From the NCBI GenBank assembly GCA_001179505.1, contig CDMY01000907.1, forward strand, positions 1 through 11,546: 11,546 nt of DNA, given 5' to 3'. The DNA is from Vitrella brassicaformis CCMP3155. Taxonomy: Eukaryota > Protista > Chromerida. Below are positions 1 through 7,658 of the stretch, one piece after another. Within the stretch, counting starts at the first letter, position 1; the number at the start of each line of letters is the position of its first letter. The translations under genes were made by a program, and so were the position numbers. Below the pieces are notes generated by a model. That model was given only the letters and a program-made list of their open reading frames with translations, did not search any database and was not told the DNA's origin.

Positions 1-158
1 AAGAGGCCCCCGCGCCTCCATACGTAGACAGACGGGGGAGGATGGCTGTTTTTTGTTTTTGTCCATGGTATGGATGTACGTTAGTTAATTAGTGTGTTGT
101 ATTGTATTGCTTTTGAGTCAGCAGCCCTACCCGTTGCCTTTTCTTCTCCTTTGGCGTA

Positions 159-230
159 TTCTTTTCGTCCCTCCGTATGGTGCGGACGCTGCTTTCTCGT
201 TTTCTTTTCGTCCCTCCGTATGGTGCGGAC
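159..230. repeat. 29-bp exact direct repeat, two copies (159-187 and 202-230)
   Basis: ttcttttcgtccctccgtatggtgcggac occurs twice with a 43-bp period. Confidence 0.9.
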
Positions 231-340
231 ACTCCCTTTTCGTTCGTGTGCGTGGGTGTGGTGTGTCTGTCGCTGTCTACTCCCCGTCTGTCTACTTTTT
301 ATGTGCGTCGGCGGTGTTCTCGTTGACCGAAACAATCGGT

Positions 341-416
341 TGGTGGTGGTGGTGGTGGTGCTTGTCGGGGGCGGGAGGTCGGTTGGTGGAGGGTGGGTGG
401 GTGGATGGATGGATGG
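341..416. repeat. Low-complexity (GGT)n, (GGGT)n and (GGAT)n tract
   Basis: Seen directly. Another (GGAT)4 lies at 616-631. These tracts explain the Pro/Thr-rich and Trp/Val-rich spurious ORFs at 81-803. Confidence 0.85.
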
Positions 417-950
417 TGTCGGCCCGGGGCTGGCCATGGGTGTGGGTGGCGTGACGTCTGTCAGAGTGTCAGTGTAGACATTGGTACCGTCTGGTAATTT
501 CTGGTTGCGTGACTGCCTTATTTGTGAATGACTGGCTGCCAGAATGGATGGATGAGGCCCATGCCTGCCCGTTGACTGACTGTGATGCAGCCAGCGTGTC
601 GGGGTGTGTGTGTCTGGATGGATGGATGGATGACAGACGAATTCACTCTCATGTGGTGACAATCGTGACCCATGCATGGTTCGTGGATGCGTGCGATGCG
701 TGTAGAGGTGTGAGCGTAACGCCATGCCCGTGTGCATCCATGTCGACTTACTACTGCTGACTGACTGACTGCGTATTTGTTGTATTTTTGGTCCACGGTT
801 CATTCGGCTTACTCACTCCACTCACCATGTGCTGTTTGTATGCATGTATAGGCTTACATACCTTACTGCAGGCACCCACAGACTCACTGCTCCTCTCCTG
901 CTTTGGCGGTGTTGGGTGCGGCCCGCTTCACACCACACCCGACGGCCAAG

Positions 951-1090
951 ACACACATGCGCACCACGAGCAGACAAGGGTCGATCCGGTGCATCCACTT
1001 GACGCCACATTTGTGGTCCACCATTCATCTACAGGCTTCCTTCTGTCATCCAGCGGTTTTCCTTGGCGGCCCGCACACACATGCGCACCA
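951..1090. repeat. 16-bp exact direct repeat within a degenerate local duplication
   Basis: acacacatgcgcacca at 951-966 and 1075-1090. Both copies have ttggcgg and ggcccgc elements upstream. Confidence 0.75.
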
Positions 1091-2682
1091 AGAGGACACA
1101 CTGCCTCTTCTGATTTGGAGTCGACCCCTCCCTCCTACTGCGACACGATGCACAGCCTTCTCCTGCTGCGCATGAGCACTGCTCTTTCCGCCGCTGTTTT
1201 TCGTCGCTGGCCGCGCTTTTCCAGCGCGTCCGGCGGACACGACAACTGCGCTTTCGGGCCATCAATCATCCCATCGACAGCTCCTTGTGCCGCCGCACAG
1301 CTCATATACATGAGTGTGTGTACCTGCCTGCACTCTGGCCAGCTGGCCTAGTCAGAAACCCTCATATACGTAACCATGTGTCTGTCGGGCAGAGACAAGG
1401 CAGAGAGAGCATCTCACAACGTGTTCATCAGTGCGTGTGTGCGGCACTTGCTTACACGAACACACATATAATACACATACACATTCACATACACTTACTT
1501 GCACCATCGACCCCCACACACACACTCACCCCACCCCCTCTCTGTGTCTGTCCCTATGCGTGCGTCTGTGCCGTGTGTGGACGTCAGGTCAGTGGACAGC
1601 TAGCTGCTTGTGAGTGTGTGTGTGTCTTTTCCGTGGGTTTGCCCACGCCTCTGTGCCGTGCCGCTTCCGAGTAGTATCTATCTCCTGCTTGGCACATAGC
1701 GAGCGGATCCATGGATGCTGATTGATAGCATATCTGAGATGATGTTTAGGTTAGTGAGTATGCGTCTTACACACACAGTCAGGCCACCCATCTACACACT
1801 CAATCGTTTCTCTGTCACGTGTTGTCATATGCGACTGGCTTTTATGGGTAGATGCGTCGATCACGACTCTCCACGACTCTCGGATGGCTGGCCGGTGTGT
1901 GAGTGTGCTGGACATTGCCCATGCAATGACTGACGTCAGTCAGGATGGTCCGCAGTCGCGAACCATGTGTGCAGATCGATGGGTGGAGGGATGGATGACG
2001 TGCCCTTACTTACTTGTAGAGGCAGATATGTGGTAGAGCGCAGAGGCAGGCAGAGGCTTGTCGTGTGCGTGTATGTGTCTACGTGTGGACCGGATGCATC
2101 GAGAGCGAAACCGACAGATCGAATGAATCACCGCATGGCATGAATGTGTGGATGTGCTGCATGGCTTTGCCCATCAACGAACTCATGCATGTCGGTCATT
2201 GTGATCTGATCATCAACATCCATCCATCGTCAGCCTTTCGTCAGTCGACCTTATTGTTGTTTCTCCCACCCCACCACCACGATGGCCTGCTCCCTCGCGG
2301 CCTTCGCGCGCCACACAGTGTCCATCCCATGGAAGGGACTGACACACACATAATACTGACATACACGAACAGCGCTCCAGCAGCTGCACATCCATATAAC
2401 AAAATCGATCACCAGGCACCCACATACATACATAACCACCTCGTTTTTGTACACTGTCTTTGTGCACTGTTCCCCCTGTCTTGCGCCTGCATGCAATCAA
2501 CGTATCTGGACACGAGAAAAAGGCGCCGCACGACTAAAGCCTTGACACTAAAGCGGTGATGTGAAAAACTCGAGTGGTACATCGGCCATCCCCAGTAAAG
2601 CACTACACACATGCTTGTGCACTGATATGCAGCTGCGGTCCTTTCGACCACACTTAAGTAGACCTGAGGGGTCTGTCTTCAC

Positions 2683-3122
2683 TCAGATGCGACGGCGGAA
2701 GAGCCTCGTGGCTGGCAGCCGCGGCAACCTCGGGCAGCTGAGTTACACAGAGGCGCCATTGCGTGACGAGGGACAGTGCAGACGAGACGTACATGTGGTT
2801 CCTTACGAGAGGGTTTTGCAAGGCCTGCCAGTGCCTGGAAGTGCCAGCTGACGGTTCTGTGCCGAGCCTCCTGTGGCCGACGCCGAGGCACCTCTCCCAT
2901 TGTTGAAGACAGCAGGCTGCTCATCCGTCACCATGGAGCCTGACAAGCACGACATACGTCCATCCAGCGGCGGCCAAGCCTCCTTGTTCACCCACCTTCA
3001 AGTTGAGGATCCTCGCTCATTCTGCCCCCGGCCGGCATCGATGGCTCATCTCGCGCTTGTTGACCGAGAGTCAAGGCAAAGGCCGTTGCGACGAGCAACA
3101 AAACCAGGATGCGCAGCGCCAT
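2683..3122 (-). CDS. Small secreted protein / putative cationic peptide precursor (~104 aa, 3 exons)
   Basis: Exons 3122-2996, 2939-2807 and 2737-2683; GT-AG introns of 56 nt (gtgggt..gtcag) and 69 nt (gtaagg..ctcag) with matching phases. Translation: MALRILVLLLVATAFALTLGQQARDEPSMPAGGRMSEDPQLEGSMVTDEQPAVFNNGRGASASATGGSAQNRQLALPGTGRPCKTLSCPRLPRLPATRLFRRRI*. The N-terminus is a clear hydrophobic signal peptide. Exons 1-2 are well supported; exon 3 is less certain. Confidence 0.6.
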
Positions 3123-3187
3123 GAAAATGCAGGGATGTGCGGGCAGGTCTGCTTTTGTACGGTGTATGATGTAAATCCGTTAACGTT

Positions 3188-6100
3188 ATGGCGGTGCGTA
3201 GGGCGTCTCCTATCGCCCTCTCGGTTGTCCTGCTATGTCTGCACTCAGCATACAGCAGACTTGTATCCAAGTACAGTGGCAGGAGTGCGAGTGCCGAGGA
3301 CGAGGCCATCGATGCCAAGATCAGCTGGACGCTCTCCTCACTCATCGGCATCCAGCCAGAAGGCGAGGGCGTGCGCGCACCAGCCACCGTCCAGCATCCC
3401 CAGTCACCGGCGGAAGAGCGAACTGCTCGCATGGCTGCGAAGAAGGGGACACAAGCCGGCCGAGAGGGCATTGGCACCCCCAGAGGCTTCACCACCATCC
3501 GCGCTGATGACCTGGTGGCCGTCGATGTCGTCGCGAAGAGCAAGGACGACGCCCCTCGGCTTCTAGAGGAGCTGAGCAGATGGGCATGGAGGACGGTGTG
3601 GCGTTCCAGAAGGTGGTGTCTGGGCGGCTACCCGTGTCGGCCATCGACAAGCTGCCGTCGCTGCCGAGGCTCCACTATGCATCTCGGAGCTTTATCGTCC
3701 ACCGGGGGGCATTCGACTCACTCGGCAGCGTCGATGTGGCTCGCGGACTGGCGACCAGTCAAGCGGATTTGGCACACCGTGTCGATGTGGTGAGGACCAC
3801 ACTCGGCCTGACTGGTCGCGGTCAGAAGATTGGACTCCTTTCTGACAGTGTGGATATGACCAGCCCCTTCTTTGGGTCGGTGGCTAAGGATGTGGAGACT
3901 GGCGACCTGCCACCCAAAGGCATACTGGTGGTTCAGGATGGATCGCCAGGTGACAGTGACGAAGGCAGAGGTGAGTGGGCGGCTGAGGGATGAACACCAC
4001 AACAAAAGGGAGCGACGTTGCATTTGTGTTGTGCATGTGGTCTGTGTGTGTGGGTGTGCGTCAGCGATGGCTCAGCTGATACACGACTTGGCTCCACATG
4101 CGGCCCTTTCCTTTGCCACAACGGATTTCGGAGCGGCGGTGTTTGCGAACAACATTCTTCGGCTGGCCGAGCTCAACGACATCCTGGTTGACGATGTATG
4201 AAACAACCATTGCGCCGCCCTGTGCATCTCCTGATTGTTCCACGTCCTGCCCTTTTTTGCAACCAGATTGGGATAGCAGCCGAGCCTTTCTTTCAGGTAC
4301 AGCCCTGTGTTTTGTGTGCCAAATGCGTCGTATGGATTTCTGTCTGCGTTTGCATGGGTGCAGGATGGAATCGTGGCTCAGGCCGCCCAGACAGCTAGTG
4401 AGAAGGGCGTTCCTTTCGTCTCGGCGACCGGCAAGTGAGACGGCAAATGCCTCACCACTCAGTTAATACCTCCCTCTCCCTCTGTGCGCGTCCGCAGTGA
4501 CGGCATCAGAGCCTACCAGGCCCAGTTTAGAGACGCCGGCATCCCAACGGCCATAAGGAGCCCGACGGGGGAAGTGATCATCCTGACAACACATGATTTT
4601 GACCCGTCGGATGGGGTTGTCGACCACCAGGTATGGGGCAGCAAGGAGCCAGGCGACAAGCACCTGCCGGAACACCTGCCGTCCCCTATTTCCTTCAGGT
4701 GATCTATGTTCCGGTATTCGAGTCGTTTGGCATTAACTTGCAGTGGTCGGAGCCGTCCTTTTCAGCGTCAGAGGGTCCGACGGGGTCGGGTTCAGACCTG
4801 GAGGTCATTCTATTCGATATGGCTGATAATCCGCTGAGCCTCCGCCTCGGCTCCGGTGCGGCCGGTGGAATCGACCGCAACATTGGCAGAGATGCCGTCG
4901 AGTTGATGTTCTTTACAAATGACGGAGATGTCGATGTGGACGGCGTCCCCGGCCCTGACACAGCCTTCAAGCTCAAGATTCTGCTGTTCGAGGGGCCGGC
5001 TCCGAAGCTGATGCGGTACCTTTGGACCCCGCTGGGGGGTGTTGCGTACCCGCAGACTTTCTTCGATGGCGCACCGACTGTCTGGGGGCATCCAAACGTG
5101 CCGCTGTCCATCGCCGTGGCAGCTGCCTATGTAAGCAAAGTGTTACAAGCTCCACTCATGATTGATGTCACATGTGTGTGGCTGCCATTCAGTATGCCGA
5201 CACGCCTCGTTTCGGGGAAGTGGATCCGCCACTGGCTGAGTATTTCACCACGCATGGACAGACGCCGATTCTCTTTGACAGGGACGGCAATGCCACGTTG
5301 GAAATGAGAAAGAAGCCCGACATAGCCGCTGCAGTGAGACGACTTGTGGTCGACAGCCACACGAACAGGATGGGGATGCGTTGCTGTCTTTCTTTGTGTG
5401 TGTGCAGGATGGTACCCACACCACTTTTTTTAAGGAATTCGAGGACAACTTCGGTGAGCAGCCCCTGATCCAGCCGACACGGCCACTCATTTCAGCCTGT
5501 CTGTGCTGGCTCCATGCAGACTTCTTCAACTTCTTTGGCACATCTGCCGCAGCCCCGCACGTGGCGGCCGTCATATCCCTCCTGAATGAATGGCAGCCAG
5601 GCATAAAGCCTCAGGAAATTCGAGACGTGTTGTTTAAGACCGCCATTGACATGGAGGACTACATCGACCTGAGCCAGCAGGGCCCGGGGGACTTCGACGT
5701 TGGCCACGACAATCAGACAGGACATGGCCTGATGGATGCGTACGCTGCCGTCACGTTACTCGGTAGGCGTGGAGGGTGGATCATCCTTTGCATCCCTTGC
5801 CAATTCCGTTTCTTGTCTGTGCGTATGTCAGACAAGATCCCTGTGTGTCTGACTAAGACCTCGGTGAAAGAGGTGGCCTGCGCCGGCAACAACGGGTCGC
5901 CATGTAGAGGCACGTCAGGCGACGACGCACTGGGCGTCTCCGTGACGAGCAGCCAAGGCAGCGTGACAGCTGATGCCCGGGAAGGCAACGACTGCATTTC
6001 AGTCACCATCACGGGCGACAACTCCGCACTAGATCTTATGCGAGTAGTGGGTGGCAGAGGCAGCGATTACATTGTTATCGACGGCAAAGTGCCACCCAAA

Positions 6101-7298
6101 GCCAAAGTCGAGGTGTCCGGGGCATCAAGTGGCGGAGACGATGGTTCGCGAGACACCATCCTGCTCAAGATCGAGGCCGGGAGTGACGGCAGGGGAGTGG
6201 AGGTGACCGTCACCAATTCGGGCGAGGGCAGCCTCATATCGGGAAGTTCCACCACTGATACGATCCTCAACTTCGGTGTGACCAAAGACGAGAAGTGCCG
6301 TGCTGATGTGATCAAGGTCGGTGGCCTGGGCTCATCACAATTGAGTTACGACGACTCCAGGGGAGAGGTCAGGGCGGGCGATAAGCTGGTGGCCATGATA
6401 TACCCACCGCTGCCGAAGGATGCCCTGACGATTGACGGCAGCACCGTCACACGCACATGCAGTTTCACCGGTGAGTGAGCCAAGCAGATGACAGCTCAGC
6501 TGTGCTATTCACCTCTGGTGTCATGTCTGTGCAGTGTCTCCGTTCCAACAGCGGCCGGCTATGAAGCTGCCGCCTATTACAAGTCGCGTGGGGGCCGAAT
6601 TCATTCCGTACATTGGACTGAAGCCCGGCACACGTGACTTGCCCATACGTAAGCGAAGAGCACTCGCCTTCCCTGCGTGACGGCAAGATGTATATGTCTC
6701 CTGATCTTGTATCTGTGTGTGTGCAGCTGGGTGCCCGGCAAGCCTTCTGGACGACACCAACAGCGCATTCGTCACCAATCTCATCCCCGATGGGCCCCAG
6801 GCCATCTGTGGCACCAGGATTACCTTCGAGTCGACTGTTCTCGACAAGCCTCTACCGGTGTTCGATCTCGAGAGGTTCGTCTGTAACGGTGCCTCCCTAG
6901 CGCAAAGGCTGCTCTTCGCCGAGCTCGACAGGCCAGGCTTCATCGGTGCGGAGTATCACAATGAGGAGTCAAGGTCTGCGACGGTGATACATGTCTTTCG
7001 TGGATGCGAGAGCGACTTTTTCTCGGAGCCATCTGTCCTGAGGGGGGAGGTTCTGCTCGGTCCTGTCTTCATCGCTGAACCAGGTCTTTATGCCTTTCTT
7101 ATCAACAACTTCTTGTGCGACATTGGCATTACGGCCGACGTGACGATCACGTGCCCAGAGCCGTCATCTGCTGGAGTGGTTGAGCCCCCAGGGAGGCCGC
7201 CCTTGCCACCGGATGACCCTGGCATTATTTTAGAGCCGACCAATGGGACGGCTGAAGAGCAGCTCTTTCTCTTGGCGCATCGCGACATACACAATTAA
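3188..7298 (+). CDS. Secreted bacterial-type S8/S53-like (subtilase clan) serine protease with prodomain, RTX-like region and C-terminal beta-rich domain; 1-nt frameshift at ~3578-3580 (possible pseudogene or assembly error)
   Basis: Exons 3188-3970 (with frameshift), 4065-4195, 4267-4296, 4364-4434, 4498-4630, 4699-5130, 5193-5333, 5408-5453, 5520-5762, 5832-6470, 6535-6648 and 6727-7298. All 11 introns are GT-AG (62-94 nt) and phase-consistent; ~1111 aa if one base is restored. Signal peptide MAVRRASPIALSVVLLCLHSAYS. Motifs: KIGLLSDS (Asp 3844-3846), DEGRAMAQLIHDLAP (Glu 3961-3963), ILVDDIGIAAEPFFQDG, VSATGN (oxyanion Asn), TPILFDRDG, KPDIAAADG, FFGTSAAAPHVAAV (Ser 5543-5545), TGHGLMDA. Confidence 0.88.
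5909..6440 (+). other. Degenerate RTX/hemolysin-type Ca-binding-like repeats and RTX-like C-terminal cap within the protease
   Basis: GTSGDDAL (5909), AREGNDCI (5975), GGRGSDYI (6050), GGDDGSRDTI and GSSTTDTILNF resemble GGxGxDxL nonapeptides. The following DTILNF..DVIKV..LSYDDSRGEV..LVAMI resembles the DTITDF..D.I.L..L.YD..TG.L pattern of bacterial RTX C-termini. Recognised by eye. Confidence 0.55.
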
Positions 7299-7658
7299 GC
7301 GGGGAGACAGATAGCTGTTGAATGTGAGATCTTGGTGTTTCAATTTCATAGAATGTGTCATGTATGTGTACATACACTATATATCTGTTTGTCATCAATT
7401 GTACGTATGTGCGTGCGCTTAGCGCCTTCGATGTACTAATGTATACATCGGCTTCATTCATGAGTGATTTCTTCGAGAGAGACACCAACGATTCACGCTT
7501 TGTCTCACCATCGATAGTGTATGGCTTATGGATCGGATGTTGTTTGCATGAATGGAGTCGTTCATTGATGGTTCAAGTACTTGTCATTTGCATCCGACCG
7601 CGTACAGTACGCACATCGATGAAATGTATGTCAGCGAGGCTGGCCAATCACTCACTTA

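Noticed and set aside
1-27. Possible last codons of an upstream plus-strand gene (KRPPRLHT*) followed by a UTR-like tract
   Set aside because: Too short to support.
159-230. CRISPR-like repeat-spacer-repeat
   Set aside because: Only two copies, a 14-bp spacer, no cas genes and a eukaryotic context.
81-803. 240-aa minus-strand ORF and overlapping plus-strand ORFs
   Set aside because: Composition is driven by GGT, GGGT and GGAT microsatellites; no domain and no consistent exon chain.
788-1351. 187-aa plus-strand ORF and antisense Arg-rich ORFs
   Set aside because: No recognisable motif or signal peptide, contains a local duplication, and no phase-consistent splice partners were found; long chance ORFs are common at this GC content.
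2065-2559. 164-aa His-rich ORF
   Set aside because: Derived from CA/CAT-rich non-coding sequence; no family features.
2561-3124. Plus-strand ORFs 2561-2851 and 2873-3124
   Set aside because: Antisense shadows of the spliced signal-peptide gene on the minus strand.
3560-3582. Programmed ribosomal frameshift in the protease
   Set aside because: No X_XXY_YYZ slippery heptamer or other recognisable recoding signal at the shift; an indel, assembly error or splicing is simpler.
3188-7298. Bacterial contamination as the source of the protease
   Set aside because: Eleven canonical introns with the same size and repeat style as those in the neighbouring eukaryotic genes.
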